Assembly: GCA_021802705.1 (NCBI GenBank)
Contig: JAJZRL010000002.1
Span: forward strand, 25,913-89,912
Reading direction: 5' to 3'
DNA length: 64,000 nt
Origin: a bacterium
GTDB taxonomy: Bacteria; Patescibacteriota; Minisyncoccia; Phycocordibacterales; Phycocordibacteraceae
Position numbers and translations under genes: made by a program. Below the pieces are notes generated by a model. That model searched no databases, had not been told where the DNA came from, and saw nothing but the letters and a program-made list of their open reading frames with translations. Below, one piece after another: positions 55,708 through 64,000 of this stretch. Position 1 is the first letter of the stretch. Each line of letters opens with the position of its first letter.

Positions 55708-57505
55708 GTCGTTCTTTTTCCCCTTTTATCGCGAGAAGCTGCGAAGGGTCTGACGTGATGATCTGGTCTTCGGTATAGCTTGCGACGATCTTTATCGCGA
55801 CATGCTTCAGTCCCGCAAAGAAGAGCCCTTCCCCGACGCCTGCTTCAAGGAGCAGATATTTCTCTTCATCGGTCAGACTGAAGGTTTCTTGCAAGACCTT
55901 GATGCTTGTCGGAGATTGTTTCAGCAGGAGCTGCAACGAGGAGTTCGCAAGGATCGGCCGCCCATACGGGCTCCTGATGAAATCTTCGACATCCTGCGTT
56001 ATGGTGCAGACGCCGAGGTAGTACTTGCGGCCGCGTTTCGCGACGGAATACAAGAACGAAGCCGTATCTTCGCTTTTCATCATCCACCACGCCTCGTCGA
56101 TGACAAGCAGGCGCTTTTTCAACTCGTGACGTATCGCGTTCCATATGTAATGCGTCACGATATACATCGCCACCGGCTTGAGCTCGTCTTCCATATCGCG
56201 TATCGAGAAAACGGCGAATTGGTGCCGGAAATCGACATTCGTCGGCTGATTGAGGAATCCGGACCACGTGCCGCGGGTATATTTGGAAAGCCTCTCGACG
56301 AGAGACTCGCTCCCTTCCATGCCGGAGAGCACCTGTTCGAAATCGGAAAGCAGCGGGGGCTCGGCGCCGGTGAAATCGGCGTCGCCAGTGATGTCTTTCA
56401 GCGCATAGGTTTCGCTGACCGCGCGATCGATGATGGCATCTTCTTCCGGGGTGAGTCCGCCAAGCATGATGCGGAAGAGCCCGACAAGCGCGATGATATT
56501 GGAGCGCAAGATGTCCCGCGGATCCTCGTCTTCTTTGACCGGCGGCAGGTCGAACGGGTTGATGTGGTGTTCGGAAGAGAGCGAGATGCGGAACGAACGG
56601 CCTCCGGTCGCTTCCGCAAGCTGTCCGTACTCCTGTTCAGGATCGATGACGATAACGTCCGCGCCGAACATGAGCGAACGAAGTATCTCAAGCTTTGCGG
56701 AGTAGCTCTTGCCGCTGCCGGATTTCGCGAAAACGACCGAATTGTAGTTCTCAAGCGAGAAGCGATCGAAGAGGATGAGCGAAGAATTGTGCCGGTTGAT
56801 GCCATAGAGAATGCCGCGGTCGCTCGTAAGGTCGAATGAAACGAAGGGGAATATGGAAGAAAGAGGAGAAGAGTTCAATTTCGAATTGACGAGGAGCTCG
56901 TCGGTCCCGAGCGGCAGGCAGGACCGGAATCCTTGTTCCTGCTGGAAAAGGGCTGGTTTGGTATATACGAGCTTTGAATCAAGGATGCTGCGGATATCAC
57001 CCTCGGTCTTGCTTATCTCTTCTTTTGAATCGCCGTAGAGCGCAAGATAGAGTCCGACATCGAAAAGCTTCTCCTGTGCCTGCTGGAGATCGTTTCGCAG
57101 GTTCTCCAGGTCCTGATATGCAGTATCAAGGAGCGGGTCGCGTACCAGACCCTTTGCCTCACGGTCGTTTATCTGGCTCTGAACCTCGGCGACCTTTTTT
57201 TGGAAGCCGCGAAGCGCTTGTTCGGTTTCGATGGGATGGATGAATATGGAGATATCAAGCACCTTGTCGAGGTTGATGACCGGAGAAAACCAGCTGTCGA
57301 CGAGAAAGCGCGGGTATGAAATGGTATAGAATGCTCGAACGAATTTCTCACCGAGCTCGACTTCCCTCGAGCTTATCTTAAGCGCCGTCGGAGCGATCGT
57401 ATCGATGAGATCGAGAGATCCCTGCTGGTAGATGTCTTTCGGAAGGACCGGCATTATTTCCGGCGTTTCTTCTTTTTTGCGATTGAGAAAATCGAGGAGC
57501 GACAT
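55682..57505 (-). CDS. VirB4-like ATPase (DUF87/HerA-FtsK fold)
   Basis: YGIN, AKSGSGKS, IDPE.EY, INPFD, LVIDEAW, RGRKY, ITQ, GEGLFF. Confidence 0.88.
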   Translation of the reverse strand: MSLLDFLNRKKEETPEIMPVLPKDIYQQGSLDLIDTIAPTALKISSREVELGEKFVRAFYTISYPRFLVDSWFSPVINLDKVLDISIFIHPIETEQALRGFQKKVAEVQSQINDREAKGLVRDPLLDTAYQDLENLRNDLQQAQEKLFDVGLYLALYGDSKEEISKTEGDIRSILDSKLVYTKPALFQQEQGFRSCLPLGTDELLVNSKLNSSPLSSIFPFVSFDLTSDRGILYGINRHNSSLILFDRFSLENYNSVVFAKSGSGKSYSAKLEILRSLMFGADVIVIDPEQEYGQLAEATGGRSFRISLSSEHHINPFDLPPVKEDEDPRDILRSNIIALVGLFRIMLGGLTPEEDAIIDRAVSETYALKDITGDADFTGAEPPLLSDFEQVLSGMEGSESLVERLSKYTRGTWSGFLNQPTNVDFRHQFAVFSIRDMEDELKPVAMYIVTHYIWNAIRHELKKRLLVIDEAWWMMKSEDTASFLYSVAKRGRKYYLGVCTITQDVEDFIRSPYGRPILANSSLQLLLKQSPTSIKVLQETFSLTDEEKYLLLEAGVGEGLFFAGLKHVAIKIVASYTEDQIITSDPSQLLAIKGEKERHDLTQKQQ

Positions 57506-57519
57506 AGTTTTATAATAGG

Positions 57520-58152
57520 TTAGGCGTCAAGCCGGATCGGGTTCTCGAGCTCTCCGGGATTGAAAGAGCGGTAGAGGAGCTCGATGATCTCTTCGGTCCC
57601 GAGCGGGACCGCACGAATACCCGAACTCCCGAGCCCGCTTGCAACGAGCGCGAGGCGCTGCTCGAGCTGCGCGCGATTCTCTTCGAAAGACAGATCGGCG
57701 GCATTCGCAGCCACCGGATTCCCGCGATGGAGGAATCCGACCGCGTTTACGGGGGAAACCCGCGGCGAATACGGAACAACGACGTAAAACGATTTTGTCA
57801 TGATGTTCGCCTGATCCGTGAACGAACGTATGAACTCTATGTACTCGTGCAGTTGGATTCGCATAAGCTCGGTTTCTTGCCCGGCGGCCTTTTCAGAAAG
57901 CAGCGCGAGGTACGGCCGTAAGTCCATCTTGCGCGAATTCACGACGATCTGAATCGAGAAGTCGAGCACGTTAAGGAAGTTCTGGAACCCGAGGATGATG
58001 GCATGCTGTTCGTCAGCGGATTTCAGGCCGAAATTGACCGAGGAACAGATAAGGACGCCGCGGTAGCTGTCGTCTTTGAGGACGATGATGCCGTTCCGGA
58101 TCTCTTTGACCGGAACGAATTGCTGCGTTGCGCCCACTGTTTTTGCGGCCAT
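57520..58152 (-). CDS. TraC-like / VirB4 N-terminal-like accessory protein
   Basis: TQQFV..EIRNG, NFGLKS.DEQ, FLN.LDFSIQI, FYVVVP. Confidence 0.75.
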   Translation of the reverse strand: MAAKTVGATQQFVPVKEIRNGIIVLKDDSYRGVLICSSVNFGLKSADEQHAIILGFQNFLNVLDFSIQIVVNSRKMDLRPYLALLSEKAAGQETELMRIQLHEYIEFIRSFTDQANIMTKSFYVVVPYSPRVSPVNAVGFLHRGNPVAANAADLSFEENRAQLEQRLALVASGLGSSGIRAVPLGTEEIIELLYRSFNPGELENPIRLDA

Positions 58153-58153
58153 A

Positions 58154-58594
58154 TTATAGGTTCGTATTATCGGAGGTATCCTGTGTCGATTTTACATCAA
58201 GCGACCAGGCAAGTTCCGAGAGTTTCCCGCGCGTGAGCTTCGGGGTGCCGCGCGTCGGTTGCTCTTGAGGCATTGCCGCTGTCGCGCCGCCGGCGCCTTC
58301 TTTCTTTGCTTCCCCTTCTTCGTGTTTCCATAGGAAGAGCCTTGCGCGGGTGTAGTAATTGAAACCGGCTTCGAGTATTTCGACGAAAGGCTTCCCGTTC
58401 ATTTTGTAGAACGCGAGCGCTCCCGCGAGTGCCACGACGGGTATGGAGAACAGGAGCGCAAGCACGATTGGAAGGTAGACGAAGAATATCGCGCAAAAAC
58501 CGCCCGCACCGGCGACGTAGATGAACTGCTTCAGGGTTAGAGGCCCGACGATTCTATCCTCGACATCGATGAACTGCGGCACTTGATACTCCAT
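58154..58594 (-). CDS. PrgI-family membrane protein
   Basis: YQVPQFIDVEDRIVGPLTLKQF plus two TMs. Confidence 0.85.
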   Translation of the reverse strand: MEYQVPQFIDVEDRIVGPLTLKQFIYVAGAGGFCAIFFVYLPIVLALLFSIPVVALAGALAFYKMNGKPFVEILEAGFNYYTRARLFLWKHEEGEAKKEGAGGATAAMPQEQPTRGTPKLTRGKLSELAWSLDVKSTQDTSDNTNL

Positions 58595-58642
58595 TGTCTG
58601 CAGTATAGCAGCCGTACGCCGCCGAGAAACGTTTTACCGTGT

Positions 58643-59995
58643 TTACGGACACTCCCCGTTCGCAGCGGTCTTTTTGAGAATTTGTTCTGGCGAGGAGCCC
58701 TGTTCGTAATGCAGGAACGCTTCGGGATGTGCATCCCACTCCTTCCGCACGGCGTCGACGATGCGCCACGACTCGAGCACTTCTCCGCTCGACGCGAAAA
58801 GAGTGTGGTCTCCGCGCAAAGCGTCGAGAAGGACGTGTTCATACGCGTCAGGGAGCGCGCCGAAATGGTCGGCATATGCGAATGCGAGAGGGACGCGCTC
58901 GATCGTCCGGTCATACCCCGGACGCTTGGCGAAGAAACAGAGCTCGATACCCTCGTTCGGCTGGATACGGAGCGTCAACCGGTTCGATTGTGATATGTCG
59001 GTACGCCGATACGTGATAACGATTTCCGTTTTCTTCTCCCCGAGCGCCTTTCCGGTCGTGAGGGTTATAGGCACATCGCTCCAGCGAGGATCTGTCGAAG
59101 AAAGCGTGATCGAAGCGAACGTTTCAACCATCGAGTCCGGATTTCCCACTTCATCGCGATACCCCTCGTATTGTCCGCGATAGATGCGGTCGGGAACGAC
59201 CTCAAGCGCGCGTAAAGCCGCTTGTCGCGCCTGCGGCACTTCATGCCACGCGTCTTTTTCGGGAAGGGTCATGAGCGTAAGGGCGGCGAGCTGAAGCAGG
59301 TGGCTTTGGACCAGGTCGCGCAATGCGCCGGTCTGCTCATAAAAGGCGACGCGCCCTTCGATCCCGATGGTTTCGCTCGCGAGGATGTCGATACGCTCGA
59401 TCGCTTCGCTATTCCACGTATGTTCGAAGAGCGGATTGTCGCGCCGAAAAAAAAGTATGTTTTGAACCGTTTCCTTTGCGAGATAGTGATCGATCCGGTA
59501 GACCTGTTCCGACGAAAAAGAACGTTCGATATGCTTCACAAGCTCTTTCGCGCTCTCTTCGTCGACCCCGAAAGGCTTCTCGAGGAGCAGTTTCGTATTC
59601 GGGATGTCGGCAAGCCCCGAGCCCCCGAGCTGTTCGATGATGGGCCGCGCGGTTTTCGGCGGCACGGAGAGATACCACAGGCGTTGCGCCGTGCCGCCCT
59701 GCTCGCGTTCGATATCGCGAAGGTACGAGTCGAGACGGGCAAAATCAGCGGTCTCCGTAAGCGACATCGGGAAAAGCGTCGTGCGGGCGCGGATATACTC
59801 CGCATGAGCGATGCCGGTTAAGAGTGACTCGATGTCGGCGGTTTGCTGCCGCGTGATGCCGACGATACGCAGTTGTGCCGGCAAGACACCCGCCTTAGCC
59901 ATCTCGCCGATAGCCGGCAACAGTTTTCGACGTGAAAGGTTGCCGGTAATACCGACGATGATGAGGATCGCCGATGTGAACGCGTTATTTCCCAT
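58643..59995 (-). CDS. zwf: Glucose-6-phosphate 1-dehydrogenase
   Basis: GITGNLSRRKLLPA, YLSVPP, EKPFG, YRIDHYLAKE, GALRDLVQSHLLQ, AYE. Confidence 0.95.
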   Translation of the reverse strand: MGNNAFTSAILIIVGITGNLSRRKLLPAIGEMAKAGVLPAQLRIVGITRQQTADIESLLTGIAHAEYIRARTTLFPMSLTETADFARLDSYLRDIEREQGGTAQRLWYLSVPPKTARPIIEQLGGSGLADIPNTKLLLEKPFGVDEESAKELVKHIERSFSSEQVYRIDHYLAKETVQNILFFRRDNPLFEHTWNSEAIERIDILASETIGIEGRVAFYEQTGALRDLVQSHLLQLAALTLMTLPEKDAWHEVPQARQAALRALEVVPDRIYRGQYEGYRDEVGNPDSMVETFASITLSSTDPRWSDVPITLTTGKALGEKKTEIVITYRRTDISQSNRLTLRIQPNEGIELCFFAKRPGYDRTIERVPLAFAYADHFGALPDAYEHVLLDALRGDHTLFASSGEVLESWRIVDAVRKEWDAHPEAFLHYEQGSSPEQILKKTAANGECP

Positions 59996-60245
59996 CACTT
60001 CGGATATCTTTCGGTTGGAGCGGGCTTTCGATTCCGGGCGACCAGGAGGCCTGTATTGACCCGAACTTCTTTTCGTACTCCTCAAGCTGATGCGAGAGGC
60101 TCTGTACGAGACGTTTCATGTGTTGGGGCGTGAGCGCGTAAGCGGTTGCGTTTTCACCGACGCTCATGACCATGACGAAGTTTTCTTCCGAATGCCCCGC
60201 CACGACGCTTTCACAGAACTGTTTAGGGATTTTGTTGAAGTCCAT
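59985..60245 (-). CDS. DUF3467-like small protein
   Basis: F.....V.HS.E.F, LTPQHMKRL...L...LEEYEKKFG.I. Confidence 0.75.
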   Translation of the reverse strand: MDFNKIPKQFCESVVAGHSEENFVMVMSVGENATAYALTPQHMKRLVQSLSHQLEEYEKKFGSIQASWSPGIESPLQPKDIRSDGK

Positions 60246-60255
60246 AGGCTCTCAA

Positions 60256-60900
60256 CTATATACCATTACCGCTGTTGCCGGTAAGCAGACCGAAAAGCCA
60301 GAGGACAAGCGTGAAAAACGGCTGCGCGAAAAGGTAGGAAAAGATGAGGAGGAAAAGGATCAGCGAGAAGACCCCCATGGAACGGATATTCCTCTCGAGA
60401 TGCTCAAGCTTCGAAGAAAGAGACCACGGCAGCGCGCTGCGGAGCGCGGTAAACCCGTCCAAAGGCGGGATCGGTACGAGATTGAACAGCCCGAGAAATA
60501 AGTTTATGAATGAGATAGTCATGGCGAAAGAGAGGGCGGTCGCGCCAAGCCCGAAAGAAGCCCCGAAGCGCACGATAAGCCCAAAGACGCACGCGAGAAG
60601 GATGTTCGTCGCGGATCCGGCGAGCGCGACGAACGTTTCGCCCCAGCGCTGGTTCCTTAGGTTGTAGGGATTGTAGGGTACCGGCTTCGCCCACCCGAAG
60701 AATATGGGCGAACCGGAGAGAACGAGAAGCGCCGGGATGGCGATTGACCCCATGAGATCGATGTGCGGGATCGGATTCAGGGTAAGGCGGCCGGCCAGGC
60801 GCGCGGTCGGATCGCCGAGAGAATCAGCGGCATATCCGTGCGCAACCTCATGCGCGATGATGGAAAGAATGAGGACGCTAAGCCAGAGCGCAGTAATCAT
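60256..60900 (-). CDS. Site-2 protease (peptidase M50)
   Basis: HEVAH, GDPT, LTLNP, GWAKPVP, FNLVPIPPLDG. Confidence 0.93.
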   Translation of the reverse strand: MITALWLSVLILSIIAHEVAHGYAADSLGDPTARLAGRLTLNPIPHIDLMGSIAIPALLVLSGSPIFFGWAKPVPYNPYNLRNQRWGETFVALAGSATNILLACVFGLIVRFGASFGLGATALSFAMTISFINLFLGLFNLVPIPPLDGFTALRSALPWSLSSKLEHLERNIRSMGVFSLILFLLIFSYLFAQPFFTLVLWLFGLLTGNSGNGI

Positions 60901-60939
60901 ATTGCTCGTTTGAAATCTTATGCTACCATGCGGAGGATT

Positions 60940-61182
60940 ATGGCACGAGCCTGCGACATAACCGGTAAAAGCACGCAAGTTGGCGGGCGGTATTCCAACC
61001 GCACCCGCGCGACCCAGTTCAATCCGACGGGCAAAGTTCGTCGCAAGGCGAACCTTCAAAAACGCCGCATTTACGTACACGAGCTCGGTAAAACGGTCAT
61101 TGTTGATGTTTCTATGAAAGGGTTGAAGACCATCAAGAAAAACGGAGCCTACACGACCCTGAAAAAGTCCGGCGTCATCTAG
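60940..61182 (+). CDS. rpmB: 50S ribosomal protein L28
   Basis: MARACDITGK, SNR, NLQKRR, VSMKGLKTI. Confidence 0.92.
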   Translation: MARACDITGKSTQVGGRYSNRTRATQFNPTGKVRRKANLQKRRIYVHELGKTVIVDVSMKGLKTIKKNGAYTTLKKSGVI

Positions 61183-61215
61183 CCGTAACGAACGGAATAA
61201 CCAATTACCGCGGAG

Positions 61216-61923
61216 CTAAGGCGCCGTAATCGTTTTTCCGTTTGAAACGAAAACCTTTGCCGGCGTGCTTGAGGAGATAGTTATTGCAGGAGCTTGCGAG
61301 CACGTACCGAAGTCCGCAAGCCGGGACGCAGCAGCAGAAGAAAGTCCGTTCTCTATGAGAAACGACGTATCGCCGTAAGAAAGACAGAAAGCGAGGGCAT
61401 AGTTCAGCATGGTTTTTGCATTCGGGCGTGCTTGTCTCTGGAGAGGCGGCCAGAGAATCTCAAGAGAGAGGCGCTTCCCTGCGGTAACGCGCATGCCACG
61501 CGAGACGGCGGCATCGCGGAGCCCGTGCTCTGCTTTTACCGCTTCGGCAAGCAGAGCCTCCTGGCTTCTTGAACCAGCCACCGGCGAACGGACGAGGTAT
61601 CCGATGCTGTACCGGCTAAGGACATCCGGTAATCCGCCGGTCGTATCCGCGGTAATACGCGTAAGCACGACTGCGTCTATACGACGCTGCCATTCAGGCA
61701 TCGCCCCTCCCAGTAAGCGGAGTATTTTCGCATCCGGTCCGGTATCGATAAGGATCGTTGCGCCGCGCTTTTCCCGGACGAGGATCGCACGGCTCTCTTT
61801 CCCCGTTTCGAGAACGGTTACGGTGAGCGGTGGCGTGGAGAATAGTTCGCGATAGACGAACATATTTGCTGCAATAAGGACGACGGCGATACCGATGATT
61901 GTCCGGCTGCGCAAAGCTTGCAT
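61216..61923 (-). CDS. Degenerate ComEC-type metallo-beta-lactamase-fold protein
   Basis: ILIDTGP, RRIDAVVLT(RITADT)TGGL, LEILWP, LSYGDTSFL; HxHxDH lost. Confidence 0.75.
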   Translation of the reverse strand: MQALRSRTIIGIAVVLIAANMFVYRELFSTPPLTVTVLETGKESRAILVREKRGATILIDTGPDAKILRLLGGAMPEWQRRIDAVVLTRITADTTGGLPDVLSRYSIGYLVRSPVAGSRSQEALLAEAVKAEHGLRDAAVSRGMRVTAGKRLSLEILWPPLQRQARPNAKTMLNYALAFCLSYGDTSFLIENGLSSAAASRLADFGTCSQAPAITISSSTPAKVFVSNGKTITAP

Positions 61924-61976
61924 GAGTACCGTAAGTATAGTATTACTCAATCGGATCGATTTTCGGGAGAAGTGTC

Positions 61977-62150
61977 ATGAATCCATCCCCTCACGAAGAG
62001 GTTCTTTTCGAAGAAGAGCTTGAACGCATGCGCCAGATATTCGGCTTCGAGAAGGTCGCGGAACTCATCCGCGACAACGGCGTCCGGCGTACGCTCGAGA
62101 TGCTCCGGCTTACGGAGTGCTTTATCGAAACGGGGTCAACCATGCAGTAA
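61977..62150 (+). CDS. Small hypothetical protein (57 aa, below ORF-track cutoff)
   Basis: MNPSPHEEVLFEEELERMRQIFGFEKVAELIRDNGVRRTLEMLRLTECFIETGSTMQ*; GGGAG SD; terminator follows. Confidence 0.55.
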   Translation: MNPSPHEEVLFEEELERMRQIFGFEKVAELIRDNGVRRTLEMLRLTECFIETGSTMQ

Positions 62151-62155
62151 TGGAG

Positions 62156-62189
62156 CGCCCGCGATCAGATGATCGCGGGCGTCTTTTTT
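62156..62189 (+). terminator. Intrinsic terminator
   Basis: cgcccgcgatca/tgatcgcgggcg stem plus TCTTTTTT. Confidence 0.75.
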
Positions 62190-62208
62190 ACTCTGTAGGC
62201 TACTGAGT

Positions 62209-62529
62209 TTACTGGCCGCGCATCTTATCCTCCCGATAGATCTGCTTCCCTTCTTCTATCGATCGTGCCATCCCGATCACCTCATCCTTGTCGTTTATGA
62301 CCGGCGCTTTCCCTGCGACGTCCCGCACGGTAAGACGCGCATCAAGGGCTTTCTGCACGACGTCTTCGACAGAATCATTTCCGTGTTCCTCGATAAGGGC
62401 TGCTACTTGGCGGATTTCATCAGCGGAGAACTGCTTTTCGGCATATTCCGGATGTTTCGCTATAAAAGTGGTTACCATCTGTTCTACGCCGGTTTCGGCA
62501 TGCGGGTATTTTTGCGATTCCATAGTCAT
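62209..62529 (-). CDS. Hypothetical acidic protein
   Basis: MTMESQKYPHAE... protein-like composition, divergent from sod. Confidence 0.6.
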   Translation of the reverse strand: MTMESQKYPHAETGVEQMVTTFIAKHPEYAEKQFSADEIRQVAALIEEHGNDSVEDVVQKALDARLTVRDVAGKAPVINDKDEVIGMARSIEEGKQIYREDKMRGQ

Positions 62530-62560
62530 ATGAAAGGAATAATAGGGTATGATACGGAAT

Positions 62561-63151
62561 ATGCAATATACCCTACGACAATTCAATCTTCCCGCGCTCA
62601 CCGGGCTTTCTGAGAAACAAATAAAGGTACATCTCGGACTGTACGAAGGATACGTGAAGCACGTGAACCTCATAAGCGACACGCTCGCCGCTGTCCGCAA
62701 CGGGGATCTGAAACTCGATCCGTACGTTGTCGCCGAGCTCCGCCGCAGGTTCCCTTTCGAGTTTAACGGCATGCGCATGCACGAATATTATTTCGAACAA
62801 TTCGAAGGCGAAAAAGGAGGAAGTCCCGATTCCGCGCTTGCCGCGGCCGCAAAAGAAAAGTACGGAAGCGGAGAGAATTTCATCGCGCACATTAAGGAAG
62901 TCGCCGGAAGCCGCGGCATCGGCTGGGTCGTCGTATCCGTTGATCCCGCCACCCGAACCTTACACACCGTTTTTGTGAACGATCATGAGATCGGACAGCT
63001 CGCGGGGCTCCCGATAGTGCTCGCGCTCGACCTCTGGGAACACGCATTCATGGTGGACTATGTTCCCGCGGAGAAGAAAAATTATATCGATGCCTTTTTC
63101 GCAAACCTCAATTGGAGCGTCGTTGAGAAACGTTTCGATGCGGCGAAATAA
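62561..63151 (+). CDS. Fe/Mn superoxide dismutase family protein
   Basis: VHLGLYEGYV, FNGMRMHEYYF, GIGW, DLWEHAFMVDY, YIDAFF.NLNW. Confidence 0.9.
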   Translation: MQYTLRQFNLPALTGLSEKQIKVHLGLYEGYVKHVNLISDTLAAVRNGDLKLDPYVVAELRRRFPFEFNGMRMHEYYFEQFEGEKGGSPDSALAAAAKEKYGSGENFIAHIKEVAGSRGIGWVVVSVDPATRTLHTVFVNDHEIGQLAGLPIVLALDLWEHAFMVDYVPAEKKNYIDAFFANLNWSVVEKRFDAAK

Positions 63152-64000
63152 GTAAGCAGCACATACGCTGCAAGGACGAAAAGAAAAGAGAACGGCGGAA
63201 GCGGGACACTCGCGAACGGAAGCGCCGCGCTTACGCGCGCGATGCCGATAATGACGGCGGTAACGATATAAGCCGGAAATCCGATGAGAATGCCGAGAAG
63301 CGGCGCGAAAGAGCCGAGGACAATTTCTAAGAGGCCGGTAAGGGCCGACAACCCCATCGTTATGGGTATGAGCGGCATCACGAGCAGGTTCGCCGGGATG
63401 GCGACGAGCGAAAGATTGCCGGTCGCGTAGAGCAGGAGCGGCAGCACGGCGATCTGTGCCGCAAGGGTAGTCGCAAGAGCGTTTTTCCAAAAAGCGTTCC
63501 GCATGAAAGAAAGCAATGTTTCGATACGCGGCGCGAGCCATATGAGGCCGCCGGTCGCCGCGACCGAGAGGTCGAAGCCCGGATCAAAGGCGAGCGAGAG
63601 CGGATTCCACATGAGCATGAGAAAGACGACGATGAGCAGCGCGCGGCCGGCTTCGTAGGAACGGCCGCTTGCGCGTGCATAGAGCGCGATGAATGCCATG
63701 AGCATGGCGCGCACCGCCGTTGCCGACGCGCCGGCGACACCGACGAATACGAGAACGGTAGATGCTCCAAGCACCGTGCTCCATCGTCGCGGCACATGAG
63801 CGAACGCAAACGCGCTCATCACCCATTCGGCGACAACCATGACGTTGTAGCCCGAGAGCACCACGATCTGCGCGAGGCCGGAGCGGAAGAATACGTCCCG
63901 CAATTCTTCTCCGAGGCTTGCCTTCCCTCCTATCACGATACCGCCGGCAAGCGCGCTTTCCGGTTCAGGCAGTGCCAAGGCAAGGCCGTCGAGGAACGCG
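63082..64000 (-). CDS. comEC: ComEC/Rec2 competence membrane protein, 3' part (5' end outside window)
   Basis: LPEPESAL..G, GLAQIVVLSGYN, SATAVRA, NP.SL.FDPGF.LS, PANLL. Confidence 0.88.
   Translation of the reverse strand, partial: AFLDGLALALPEPESALAGGIVIGGKASLGEELRDVFFRSGLAQIVVLSGYNVMVVAEWVMSAFAFAHVPRRWSTVLGASTVLVFVGVAGASATAVRAMLMAFIALYARASGRSYEAGRALLIVVFLMLMWNPLSLAFDPGFDLSVAATGGLIWLAPRIETLLSFMRNAFWKNALATTLAAQIAVLPLLLYATGNLSLVAIPANLLVMPLIPITMGLSALTGLLEIVLGSFAPLLGILIGFPAYIVTAVIIGIARVSAALPFASVPLPPFSFLFVLAAYVLLTYFAASKRFSTTLQLRFAKKASI

Noticed and set aside
1-64000. CRISPR array or cas genes
   Set aside because: No regularly spaced direct repeats and no Cas motifs seen

Overview
A 64-kb chromosomal segment around the replication origin (dnaN-oriC-dnaA/rpmH-rnpA-yidC) of a GC-rich, reduced-genome bacterium using genetic code 11. 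Gene content points to Patescibacteria (CPR), Parcubacteria-like; this is an inference from rplK without rplA, short YebC, the PrgI/TraC-like/VirB4/pilin cluster, CPDG-motif and DUF5652 proteins, and a membrane-anchored Clp ATPase. The window holds housekeeping genes (ileS, argS, recO, ruvABC, polA, tsaE, nusG, secE, r-proteins), nine tRNAs, type IV pilus/competence genes, dcd-thyX, an AOX/PTOX-type di-iron protein, SOD, zwf and many secreted proteins. No integrase, transposase, reverse transcriptase or CRISPR array was seen. The most interesting signals are: (1) a structured ~180-nt element that forms two nested inverted repeats with the tRNA-His T-arm and with the end of the intervening monooxygenase gene; (2) a ~170-nt 6S-like rod RNA between pilB and ruvB; (3) a window-wide split between apparently leaderless core genes and Shine-Dalgarno-led, self-contained accessory genes; (4) IleRS with an inserted histidine-phosphatase domain and a HIGH motif altered to HTGS; (5) mosaic surface proteins with compositionally distinct domains, one with a G-quadruplex motif at the junction; (6) a hyper-acidic 29-aa microprotein after ruvC; (7) a low-GC islet at tRNA-Lys. 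All assignments are from motif recognition by eye; no database search was run.
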